DNA from: Owenia fusiformis
Lineage: Eukaryota
Assembly: GCA_903813345.2 (NCBI GenBank)
Contig: CAIIXF020000001.1
Location: forward strand, 26,040,001-26,104,000
Length of the DNA stretch: 64,000 nt
Reading direction: 5' to 3'
Shown here: positions 38,702-52,300 of the stretch, in pieces
How positions within the stretch are numbered: position 1 is the first letter of the stretch
How the letters are laid out: every line of letters begins with the position of its first letter
Made by a program: the position numbers and the translations under genes
The notes under the pieces: generated by a model
The model's input: only the letters and a program-made list of their open reading frames with translations
Database searches by the model: none
What the model was told of the DNA's origin: nothing

Positions 38702-40376
38702 TACAGTGGAAATGAGATTACAATACTTTGTGAAAAGAAAAGACAGGTGTTTTACATTTTTCATGACCATTTATGGTTGATCTGAACTTTGTTATCAGCA
38801 GCAAAAGGAGTAAAAGCTCTCTTTCCATTGTCTTTTACATGGTCTGTGTTTGCCAAACTAGCTCATTTCCTTAAAAAAGTCAGTTGACATTCTGGATGCA
38901 TTGGAATAGAAAAGGGTTGGCTGAATTTCCTTATAGCATAGACCCTGAATGGTTCCATGCCAGTATCTTATTTGCACTTTAGTTCTCCATGTATGTACTG
39001 ACACACTGTTAAAACATTGCAGTCAATCGGGATCAATCCTATTTCCCTGTTCTCATTTTTATTTTTATATATGTAATGCAAAACATCTAAATGATCAAAA
39101 TAAAATGAACAAAGCAACAGTCAAGATTGTCTTGCCTTCTGATTTATTTTCAGATTTATCTTTTTCACTTAGCAACAGTAACAAGGCATTAGCATGCAAA
39201 TTGTCACCACCTGACATTTGTTACAGACACCTAATGCCAAACTCCAAATATTGACCACCTGATGGCTTCATAAAAAAAGTTGGAGACCAAATAATAATAA
39301 AAGAAAAATATCACGTGCAAATGAAAATTTGGAGATGACCAATTTAATACATGTCGCAAGATGTCAAAGCAATTAGCAGAGTTTAGTGATGGATAAACAC
39401 GGCCAAAGGATTGCACCATTCACTAACTATAAATACAAATACTTGATTTATAATTACTCTAGCTGCAAAAACAGCATTTTGCAGAAAAGATAAGAAAAAG
39501 CACAAAATAAGATGAAACAGTATAAAACCAATACAAAATAACAACTAGGAATTAATAATATTTGTAACAGAGAGACATTTAAGTTTAAAAAAATAGTACA
39601 AAACATAAAGTGCAAATTCATCAAATCTTTTAAAGGAAACACAAGGCAATTGTCCAATATAATGCCTAAGACAAGAAATTAGAAAAACGTAAGTAAAGTC
39701 ATGCCAGACATCACTGCTGTAGTTCCTAGTCATTAAAAAATCATAAATCATCAAAATATAAAATCATTAAACAGAAGTCACCTCATTTTGTCTGTTACTC
39801 TTGAAATTATGGTTTAAGTTATTAGTTATTAATGCTGATGGAATAATTTTAAGCCATTTTAAACAGGAATTTTTCTAAGAAAACTGCTGTGGCATCTATT
39901 AAAATCTATGGTTGCTTAACCGCATTAAAGAGTTTAAAGGCTATTTTTGACAGAAACTCCATTTATATGTGCGGCTTATTGTTTGAATGAGAGTCTTGTT
40001 ACAAGGATCTAATACTGGAACATTTGGAAATTATAAGATATTTATATCAAAATTACATGTATAAAAAATGACAACATCAAACAAATATGAACCCATATTG
40101 CCAAACTCAACAGAATGTTATGATATTGAGGAAAGTTAAAATTGTACAAGATATTATCCACAAAATAAGCCAAAAAGCCCACCAATCCACACAAACAAAA
40201 CAAGCCATAAAAGGTTTCCCCGCATCAGTCAACAAATATTTGGGTTGTGTTAAAAGTTAGCAAATTCTTTATTTTAGGCCACAATGAGTGTACATGTAAC
40301 ATGGATTAAACCAAATCAGTCCATTGTAATGAAAATCCACACAAAATAGTGAGTCTGAAGTCTGAAGTATTTTAAG

Positions 40377-43300
40377 TTATTTAACCACAAATTTTGCAAG
40401 GGACTTCTCAAAGAACTCCCTGTCTGTCATGTCTGGTTTGAAGCAGTCTTTCCCTGAAGCTTCATCAATTTCACCAGACTTTTTAACCTTGAAATGTTGG
40501 CCATCATTGAGAGATACCATGCCATTCTTATCAGTGGAAGGAACTGAATAGAGACCATGATGTTGTCCCGAGCTCACTGTCTCATTAAATTTTCCAGAGC
40601 ACATGTAGGCTGAAATGAAAGATCCTTATTGTACTATTTGTATTGTAAATTCACAATTTTTCTGTTGTTTTTGTTCTGCAGTTGAGCATATTTCCACCCC
40701 AATTTTTTTCTTTTTTTAATGTGAGAATTTAATATTTTAACCTTTATTGTATTGCATTTTTATATTCCTTGAGGTATAATGTCAACAAGTCATGATTTGA
40801 GTTTGAAGGTCAATGGCATCAGCATGGTGTATGGGTGAAATAAAAACTTCACTCTGACTTCTTTGAGTCCCTTTTTATATAATCCTTGTGAGCTCTATTC
40901 AAGGAAAAGCAGAGACTGGATCCAGCATTGAGATGTCTTTATCAATGTGAAATACAACTCACATGAGAATTGAACTCAAGTTAATGTAAAAGGTTGTAAC
41001 ACTGTCAAGGGAACAATATAAAATTACTGAACTTAACCAGTCCAAAGGCTGACTGTATACAATCAGTGCCCTATTATGACTTCAACATGAAAAACTTTTG
41101 AAAGACTCATTTCTTACTTTCTTACACTATTCATCACATTTACTTATAAGTTCTGCTATCACAGACACCAAACTAATATATGAATATATATTTATCTTAC
41201 ATAGAAATCCAGATGTTTGGCGACCTCCAATATCTGATATTTTCACATCAAGATGGTGTTTCTTTGTTTTCTTGATGAAGACCGTTAGGATCTTCCCAAC
41301 CTTAACTTCAGCTACTCCATAGCCATTAATCCTCACTCTAACCAATGGTTCTGTATCCAGATAAAACCTTTTGATAGAAGAAACAATAAACTCATTCATC
41401 AGTTCTATTCTTAGCACTGTTATTTTACCTTAGTTAGAGATCGTAAATTCCAATTTGATTTCTTGAGGTTTTTTTGTAAAGAAGATTAGAAGTTGAAGAA
41501 CTGAAAAGGTATTATCAACTGGTATATTTTGGTTGTATACTATATAGAGTCTACACTAACCTAAGATTGTCCTCCAAATTTTCAGGCCATTCCAATGGGT
41601 GACCATGTATAACTACATGATTAAGATTTGCCACCAATTCTTTAAAGTTGTCTTTTCCCCTGTGACTTACAGTGACTTGATCTAGGAATTTCACCAATTC
41701 CTCACCATTTACACCTGCATTTTGGGCATTTTTGAAAGCTCATTATTTTTCACTATACAAGTGTCTAATCCATCTATTTTTAAAATTGTTAGCGACTATA
41801 ATCATTAAGTTGTCTACTGACTTTGAAGTTCAGAAAAAGTGTTGTTGCAAATTTTTAAAAGCAAACCTTTAGTCTCTTTGTCTAACTTCATCGCCTCATC
41901 CTTAGTCATAAATTTGGCAGTTACAACAGTGCCTATTGTAAGGGTAAAGCAAAAAATAGTTTTTATATTAAATGTTTTCAGAGTTTGCTACTCTAATAAT
42001 TCATGAAACCGCCTGCCATGTATGTACATGTAGTTCAGTGTAATTTGGTTTATTCCCATTTCGCCCCTTCCCATTTCGCCCCTCATTTATTCCCATTTCG
42101 CCCCTTCCCAATTGGCCCCTTTCCCAATTGGCCCCTTTCCCATTTGGCCCCTTTCCCATTTTGCCCCTTTGCCATTTCACCCCTTTCTCGTGTTGCCCCC
42201 TTCCCATATTGCCCCTTCCCATGTCGCCCCTTCCCATTTCACCCCTTTCCCATTTCGCCCCTTCCCATCTCACCCCTTCCCATTTCACCCCTCATTTATT
42301 CCCATTTCGCCCCTTCCCAATTGGCCCCTTCCCATTTCGCCCCTCATCTATTCCCATTTCGCCCCTTCCTAATTGGCCCTTTCCCATTTCGCCCCTGTTC
42401 CATTTTGGTAGGGGCGAAATGGGAAGGGGCAAAATGGGAAGTGGCGAAATGGGAATGAATGAGGGGCAAAATAGGAAAGGGGCCAATTGTGAAGGGGCGA
42501 AATGGGAATAAATGAGGGGCGCAATGAGAAGGAGCGAAATGGGAAGGGGCCAATTGGGAAGGGGCGAAATGGGAAGGGGCGAAGGGGGAATGAGGGGCGA
42601 AATGGGAAGGGGGCATAATGGGACGGGGGCGAAATGGAAGAGGGGCGAAATGGGAAAGGGGCAATTTGGGAAAGGGGCAAAATGGGAAGGGGTGAAATGG
42701 GTAGGGACGAAATGGGAAGGGGCCAAATGGGAATAAATGAGGGGCCAAATGGGAAGGGGCAAAGTGGGAAGGGGCGAAATGGGAAGACACCGTGTAATTT
42801 AGGTCATGTGACAAAAATGCAAATGGCTTCTTGGGGCTGACAAAATAACTTACTTAAATCATTACAAATATAATTAGAACACACAATGTTCCTTTTTTCA
42901 TATACATGTATGTCCTAATCTTATAATAAAAGAAACAGTACCAGTGTCATTGTCAGTGAAGAATTCATAGGTTTTTCCAGGAGTCCCAAATGCCTCGATA
43001 CAGAGCAATGAATCAGTGCCTTCCATTCCACATCTGACATGGGGGTCCCCGACAACTAAACATATTTAATTTGATAAGTGCCACCTCATTGGTTGATTAA
43101 AGAGTGTATAATATTACACTTCTTGTAAAGGGTAGTGAATGGTCTTTTAAGACATACTACGTTTAAGCCATACATTGCCGATTTAGGCAATTTATGGCTT
43201 ATTCTAAATTTAGCAATAACCTCGATGTGGCAATTCAGGATTTTTAGAATTTGCATGCAAAATCAAAAGCAAAATGTTTTTAATTTCAACTTAACAATTT

Positions 43301-46300
43301 TACAAAAGGTTGGTTCATCTGACAAAAAGTTATTTCTGCATTGACTAAACAATAACAGCTAAAATTGGATAATACATACATGTATTGTATGTGCAAATGA
43401 AACATAATAGTAATTGTAAGTTTGCCACGTACCACACATGCTTGATCTGCATGTCTCTGGAATACCAGTTATCGCGTTTGTTGTACAGTCAGTATTCGCT
43501 ACACAGCCTGAAAATCAAATCATACAAAACTTAATCAAACTAAATCAAACCTACAAAATGTACAAAAATGTCAAAAGTGTTTCTATGTTTTTCTGGTCTA
43601 CCAGTAGTTGGGAATATAAATTCTGCTGTGTGTTTTGTTCAATGTGGAGGGGCTTCAAAAAAGTTCTGATTATATTAGTTCATTCAATAAGATTAGATCA
43701 GATCATTTGACAAGATTAGTTAATTTGTCTATCCTTGGAAGTTTTCCTCAACTGTCAAGTGTTGTTCTCTGTTCTTCACATTCCTGACCTAAATTGGCCA
43801 AAATATGTCAATTTTTATGATATCCTCATTTTCAAGTGGGTGCAAATGGATTTTCAGGAAGGTGTAAGCCTATTTTCAAGATCTCAAAAGGGGCAGCACC
43901 CACAGGATATCACGAATATAACATGTGTTTATTTTATGAAATATAAAGAAAACTCTATTTACCACAAACTAAGTCACTGTTACAAACTCTGCCATCTCCA
44001 GTATTGCCATCATTGCAGAAAAAACTATCTGGTAACTGATTAAAGAGGTTTATGAAGCATCCTTTAAAATTCAGAAATAGACAATATAAGTAATGAAGAA
44101 TTGAAGAATTCCCCAGCTTTTGAAGAACTTGAAGCTTGGAAGATGATGCAATCTTTGCAATGATATACTCCAAAATACTTTCCATGAGCCTTACTGCAGA
44201 GGGATCTACAAGTATTAGGTTGGATATGCAAAGGGCTGGGAGTTGTATGTAGAATGAATTGGGGGAGTTTTTTCATGCATTTTGGTAATGTTTTTCATCT
44301 AAAAAACATCAATATACTTTAAAACATTTTATTGACTATAAGATAGCACCATATAATCCAAAAAATATTTCTAATTTTCGAGGATTATCTGTGGATTAAC
44401 ACCCAGGTATTTTGATTTTTCAAACTTCAGAGGGCTACATATCATCATTGATAATTAATGCTTTTGAATAATAAAAATGCTGTTTTAAATAGGTTTCACA
44501 AATGCCAATAAAGTGAAGACGTTCCTTAATCCCTAGAATATTCTGTTGGAGGAAATTCCCATAGAAATCCAATGGTACAGTTCCAAGCAGATTTTGAGAT
44601 AACAGGAAAGTAAATCTGTAATACACACCTCATTGGGTTGGGATATAAATCAACAAAAAAATGTGCACATAAGATGTACAATACAATGTGGTATTCTTAT
44701 ATTTTTTCAAGGACAATCTCTTAACTTTGTTAAAATTATATTTAAACACATAGAGTAGCAAGCCCCGTAAATATATTCCAAATATATCAACAATGGAGCA
44801 TGTTATGTAGAAATCTGCCCACTACTATTTGAGTTATATGCTGGATGGACAGACAGATGGACGGGAGATTCACTATATCACTAACAAAACATTAATATCA
44901 ACCATTATCATTATTGAATTTTGATGGTCCCTTACCACATTTATCAATGGCACAGAAAGATCCCCTGGCTGCAGAATTAGAACCACTTGAGCAATCACCT
45001 GATGTAGTACAACCTAAAAGTATTGAATATTATGAGATAGTATTGCTATATCAGACACCAAATATCTAAACATAGTGCTGTTTATATAATGTGTAACATT
45101 ATAAGTATAATATTGTAAGTGTAATATGGCACCTATGCCACAAAATTTTGTTCACTGGCTTGTCTTAAATAATATTCTAACAGAATGAACTGATTGTTGT
45201 AAATAGAAAGTAATACTGTGACATATTGTACAAAGTATCAATTATTATTCGAGGCAAAGCGTTTTATTGCTGAATAAATCAGATTATAGATGACCGCTGT
45301 AATCATAAATGTTGTGAAAATGTACATTTTATAACTTAAAGACCCACTTTGCATATTTTCAACATTTTTGATTTAAAACATGCACTTTGTCAAAAATGTG
45401 CATGCACTACTAATGATCTCTGAACTTCAAATGGTGTTTTCTATGTGAGTCATTTTTTTCTTGGTTCAATATTAAAGCAAATCAAGCTTTGTGTCATATT
45501 TGAGTGAGTGTGGGAGTAACATGTTTCAATGATTTTTTTTTTTTTCTTCTTAATACGTATAGTGGGCCTTTAAGCAATATTCTGTTCATACATTTAATCC
45601 CTCACTTTTGCTACATCCATGTAAGTCCATTTCAAAGAATTACATTGGTAATTCTCTGGGTTCTTAAAAAAACAAATTCCAAACTGAATTAAACATTAAA
45701 CAAGACTATATTCTCTAACTTTGAGCCAAACTATAATCTGCAACTTAACTTTCCCACCAAACTTAAAATTACAGGCAGGTCCTGACTTTATGTGAAAGTA
45801 ACTAATTGGGGAACAGTGATTTAAAACTTGTCAAAGTTAAGATACCCTCGTTAGGGAAAATACTTGAAAAGCCCTGAGCACTTAACTGTGTCAATCCGAA
45901 CATGTAGAATGAGAAAAAATTGAAAAATTAAAATGCATGATGAACATACCACATACTGAGTTGACACATTTGAAACCATATCTCTCAATGTCACAGTCAC
46001 TGTCAGTTGTACAGCCTACAATAAGAGAAACATGGAATACATCAATGCCTGGATGTCACAGTCACTGTCAGTTGTACAGCCTACAATAAGAGAAACATGA
46101 AATACATCAATGCCTGGATGTCACAGTCACTGTCAGTTGTACAGCCTACAATAAGAGAAACATGGAATACATCAATGCCTGGATGTCACAGTCACTGTCA
46201 GTTGTACAGCCTACAATAAGAGAAACATAGAATACATCAATGCCTGGATGTCACAGTCCCTGTCGGTTGTACAGCCTACAATAAGAGACACATGGAATAC

Positions 46301-49300
46301 ATCAATGCCTGGATGTCACAGTCACTGTCAGTTGTACAGCCTACAATCAGAGAAACATGGAATACATCAATGCCTGGATGTCACAGTCACTGTCATGTGT
46401 ACAGCCTACAATAAGAGAAACATGGAATACATCAATGCCTGGATGTCACAGTCCCTGTCGGTTGTACAGCCTACAATAAGAGAAACATGGAATACATCAA
46501 TGCCTGGATGTCACAGTCCCTGTCGGTTGTACAGCCTACAATAAGAGAAACATGGAATACATCAATGCCTGGATGTCACAGTCCCTGTCGGTTGTACAGC
46601 CTACAATAAGAGACACATGGAATACATCAATACCTGGATGTCACGGTCACTGTCAGTTGTACAGCCTACAATCAGAGAAACATGGAATACATCAATGCCT
46701 GGATGTCACAGTCACTGTCATGTGTACAGCCTACAATAAGAGAAACATGGAATACATCAATGCCTGGATGTCACGGTCACTGTCAGTTGTACAGCCTACA
46801 ATCAGAGAAACATGGAATACATCAATGCCTGGATGTCACAGTCACTGTCAGTTGTACAGCCTACAATAAGAGAAACATGGAATACATCAATAAGAGAAAC
46901 ATGGAATACATTAATGCCTGGATGCCACAGTCACTGTCAGTTGTACAGCCTACAATAAGAGAAACATGGAATACATCAATGCCTGGATGTCACAGTCACT
47001 GTCAGTTGTACAGCCTACAATAAGAGAAACATGGAATACATCAATGCTTGGATGTCACAGTCACTGTCAGTTATACAGCCTACAATAAGAGAAACATGGA
47101 ATACATCAATGCCTGGATGTCACAGTCACTGTCAGTTGTACAGCCTACAATAAGAGAAACAAGGAATACATCAATGCTTGGATGTCACAGTCACTGTCAG
47201 TTGTACAGCCTACAATAAGAAACATGGAATACATCAGTGCCTGGATGTCACAGTCACTGTCAGTTGTACAGCCTACAATAAGAGAAACATGGAATACACC
47301 AATGCCTGGATGTCATAGTCACTGTCAGTTGTACAGCCTACAACAAGAGAAACATGGAATACATCAATGCCTGGATGTCACAGTCACTGTCAGTTGTACA
47401 GCCTATAATAAGAGAAACATAGAATACATCAATGCCTGGATGTCACAGTCACTGTCAGTTGTACAGCCTACAATAAGAGAAACATAGAATACATCAATGC
47501 CTGGATGTCACAGTCACTGTCAGTTGTACAGCCTACAATAAGAAACATGGAATACATCAGTGCCTGGATGTCACAGTCACTGTCAGTTGTACAGCCTACA
47601 ATAAGAAACATGGAATACATCAGTGCCTGGATGTCACAGTCACTGTCAGTTGTACAGCCTACAATAAGAGAAACATGGAATACACCAATGCCTGGATGTC
47701 ACAGTCACTGTCAGTTGTACAGCCTACAATAAGAAACATGGAATACATCAGTGCCTGGATGTCACAGTCACTGTCAGTTGTACAGCCTACAATAAGAGAA
47801 ACATGGAATACACCAATGCCTGGATGTCACAGTCACTGTCAGTTGTACAGCCTACTATAAGAGAAACATGGAATACATCAATGCCTGGATGTCACAGTCA
47901 CTGTCAGTAGTACAGCCTACAACAAGAGAAACATGGAATACATCAATGCCTGGATGTCACAGTCACTGTCAGTAGTACAGCCTACAATAAGAGAAACATG
48001 GAATACACCAATGCCTGGATGTCACAGTCCCTGTCAGTTGTACAGCCTACAATAAGAGAAACATGAAATACACAAATGCCTGGATGTCACAGTCACTGTC
48101 AGTTGTACAGCCTACAATAAGAGAAACATGGAATACATCAATGCCTGGATGTCACAGTCACTGTCAGTTGTACAGCCTACAATAAGAGAAACATAGAATA
48201 CATCAATGCCTGGATGTCACAGTCACTGTCAGTTGTACAGCCTACAATAAGAGAAACATAGAATACATCAATGCCTGAATATCTTACTTTTTGGAATTTC
48301 AATGTAAAATAAAAATACCTTTAGAGACTTCAATGAATGGAGTTTCCTACAAATAATTGAGGCTTTAAGCAATGCACATAAGATCGAACGGGAAACCTGT
48401 AAGTATAAATCGCCCTATACAAATGCATGTAGTTTTCTCACAAAAACAATCGTTCGGTTTACTTCGTCCGTTACTTGACTACACATCATCGTGTACTTTG
48501 CTGATAGTAAAACAGATGGTTTTCAATGATACATATTTAAACATGCTCGTTTCTTAAGATATTTGAAGCTAAAACATGTATGACATACATCACTTTCATC
48601 AGAGCATTATACTATGCATCGAAATCCAAATTGCCAGCATAGTATTCAAAAGACATGAGTATAATGATTCCAGTTGCCACCAACGTGAAATTGCAAATCT
48701 CCCGTTCTAAACACAGATCTGAAACTGATAGGGTATCTGAAGTAGACTAAGTAGTGCTTGTTTTGTCTACGAGCTATATACATTACTGTATAAATTCATT
48801 GGTTTTGCGTTCACGGTTAAGTTGTGAAAAATATAGCTAGCTTAAACTCTCAACTTTACAAATATTTCTTACCACATGCACCTCCACTGCATACAGCACC
48901 TCTGTAATTGGGAAACTGATTTGTATTACTGCAGTCACTATTGGTGTTGCATACTGTAAAAGCGAAGCATTCAATTCATTTGCTAAGTACAGTAAAACCT
49001 GTCTTAATGAACATCTCTCTCTCTAGTGAATACATGTCTCTACTGGACGCCCTTCCTCTGCACATACTCTAATGACTTCTGTATACATTTCCCTCTTTGT
49101 AATGAACACCTACCAACATTGAACGTTTTTCTATTGCAAAAATGTTCAATATACACAGGTTTTACTGTAGTTAATATTCATAACAACTAAAAATAAATAG
49201 TACCGTGGGTACTGGGCTCACATGGTGTTGCTCAAAAGTGAATAATGCCTAAAATAGCAGAAAAAAAAAAAAAAAAAAAGGATATAATTTTTTTGCCGAT

Positions 49301-52300
49301 TTTTTGTAACAAAATTATTTCATACAACCACTCTTTACATTGACATGGCTTTTTACAATGCAGGATGCCTGAAATTATTTGTAAAGCTAGAAAATGGGCT
49401 TTTAAAACAAATGGTCCAAAATTGGATTTCACGAAACAAAATTGGTGGCCATTTTGAAAATAGGCGAGCTTTGAACCAGGAGTCATAGGGGGCTTTTCTA
49501 TATTGATGTTGAACAAAAATAACTTAAAACAAGAATCCTTTCGACAGAGGTTTTAAAACAGGCCAATTCTTGACAGACAGATGGATGGACAGGTGGACAA
49601 ACAGACGGACAAGTGAGTGATTGCAATAGCTCACCATGTGAGCTAATAATGACACAATATTAGGGCCTAATAAGAAACTTTTAACTTGCACAATGAAGCT
49701 AAGGTCATAGTATTATAAGACCCTTTTAAAGTGTGCAATGGAACTAAGGTCATCCCTTATAACTTGGACAACATAGGCAAGGTCATATGTGACCCTCTTA
49801 ACTAGCTGTGCAATGAATCTAAGGTCATATAGGACACTTGTAATTTCCAAAATATAGCTAAGGTCATATGCGACCCTTATAACAGTGCAATGAAGCTAAG
49901 GTATATAAGATCCATAGAATATGAAACAAGGCATTAACATGAAAAATGTCAAACCCCGAACACAGTCCACAAAAAATCAGAGATTACAACAATATGTCAC
50001 CACTTGTGGTAGTGACATAAAAAACTATGTATAACAGGCCGATTAACAATACTTGAAAGTCAAGCTAAAAACCTGTAAATGTATGTTTAGTATCTTCATT
50101 ACTTCTGTGACATTCTGTATAGAAAAATCATACAGCCTCACTTACCACATTTCCCAGCAGTACATACTGGTCCATTTGAGCCGCGACCCTTTGCTCCCTC
50201 ACAATCAGCATTTGTAGAACATCCACAAGTAAATGTAGTTGTGCTGCAAACTGGTCCATTCGCATTCTGACGACATGTATGATCGTTTAAACATTCCACT
50301 AGAAAAACATTAAGACTATTACTATGTGATGTCATAACATGATGTCATAATTAAATATATACAATAGCTCATCTGTGAGATAATAAGGTGAATTTTAGCT
50401 GGTGACCTTGCCTTGGCACTCCATTCCTTTTTGCATCCTTTGGTAAGTGCCTGGGGCTTCTTTTAACCCTATTATCAACCCTAAATGTATTTGTTTATTC
50501 AATTTTATATTATGTCCATGGATATCCATTTTCCATATATCCTCCACTGTCTCTGCTATGCATTAATAAACTTCACACGATTCTTGACCATTAATCTTTC
50601 ATCATTTCTACGAATGATTGATTGATAGCATCATATTCAGTTATTTTGCAGAAGTTGATGTGATTAAATCCTGACCTAAACAATGAACTTAACATTTATT
50701 AATTGCATCATATTACAACAGTATTGTTGCAGTTGAACAGTTGACTGAAATTGAAATTCTCTATATCCCCCAAACTTAACTATTAACTGAATAAAATGTG
50801 CTGATTGTGGCTGTAAAGTTATGACATATACTTTACACCCAAATTTTCTCCTAGCACATTGTAATATGCTATACCTATGCAAATAATGGTAAAAGAAAGA
50901 TGTTTAAACAAGTCTGCTTTCATAGAAATGTGTAACAATTTTTCATAAAAAATATCAAAATTAAATACTATAGCTACCAAATTCAACTCAGCACAATCAA
51001 TGAACATGACACAATATGCTCTATTGTATTTTTTCGAAGAGTCTTATATTACATGTACAGTATACAATCGTATGTTCTCTTACCACATTCCCCTAGATGA
51101 CAATATGGCAGAGGATCAGTTATATCCTCACAGTGCTTATTCCTCTCACAACCTACAAAAGCCAAATCAAATTTTAACAGGGCCAATAATGCTGAATTCA
51201 GCCTCGGCCCTGTCATTTGTAGCTCATATTGTATAGTAAAATAAAGGAACCATAAAAACTAAAGAAATTTAATCACTCAATTTGGTTGCTAAGATTCTAC
51301 GATCAAAGTAACTAAAATAAATTAAACCTTGATTTAACCTGGACCTCAATTCTGTTGTTTTTCTTTTGAGATATTATCTGAACAGACTAGACTGCAAAAC
51401 TCACCGCATCGACTATTCATACATTTGTAACCTCCCTTGACAAGATTACATTCAGCACGATTTTTGTCTCTGTTACAACCTATCGAAGGAAAATTATAAA
51501 TCTCCATTATGAACTGAGTGAATTCCAGCAGTTGCTCATATAGACAGTGCATAAATATGTTACTATTTCACTCATAATCAAATATCTAGAAATTATATAT
51601 CTTCACAGAACATCTATGGTCATTGCTTAGTTTGGTAGCATTTGTGGCTAAAAATTTCTTATATTGCAACTGATTATACTGTACAGTAGTATCTTTATTA
51701 TGTAATAGGCTACAATAAACACCGAGCAGAATTATAACATAAGGACAAGTTTTCCCTGGTCATTTTGTCAATCCATATGCCGAATTATTCCTTTTAATTA
51801 TTGACTTAAGCACCACCTTGTATAGGCTAATAAGAACTTCAAAGGAATGTGCCTTTTTGTTTTGCCACATTTTATTCCTGTATATTCATCTTTGAGTGTT
51901 AGAAAAGTCCTACCACATTTGTTATTGACACAAGTGAGGCCATTGAAGGATACACCACAATCTGCGTCAACATTGCAACCTGAAAGAACAAGTAGGCACT
52001 TCATTACTACATTATTTAAAGAATAAATAATGATAGGCCATTCAATATTGTGAAATTCAGCATGAGTTGGATGGAATGTCGTACAAAACACGAACCAAAG
52101 GTGAGTGCATTTGTACTGACATTCTGTCCTACAAGTGTAGAATTTCACCATATTGAATGGCCTATCATTATTTATTCTGATTCAAACATAAAAATGGAGA
52201 CATTGTTCAGAGAATTGCCAAGTTAATTGGTTTTAGTAGCTGTTTTTTCCACTTCTACTACCTACCACACGCTCCACTTATACAGGTGGCCCCATTGTCA

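Noticed and set aside
41369-41500. Apparent premature TAA (41430-41432) suggesting the Cys-rich gene is a pseudogene
   Set aside because: An alternative phase-consistent model (41714-41561 spliced to 41367-41201) leaves this stretch intronic and keeps the frame open.
42001-42840. Pro/Phe-rich and Gly-rich ORFs on both strands
   Set aside because: These are translations of the 15-bp foldback repeat bounded by a TSD.
45989-48277. CRISPR-like array or repeat protein ORFs (MSQSLSVVQPTIRE...)
   Set aside because: The units are contiguous with no unique spacers and there are no cas genes. The ORFs are frame-cycling translations of a 65-bp intronic minisatellite on the strand opposite the host gene.
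49685-49905. Tandem repeat as a further splice-anchored array
   Set aside because: It lies mid-intron with no exon sequence in the unit. Like 20985-21085 and 62580-63010, it is a counter-example showing that not all repeats here are junction-anchored.
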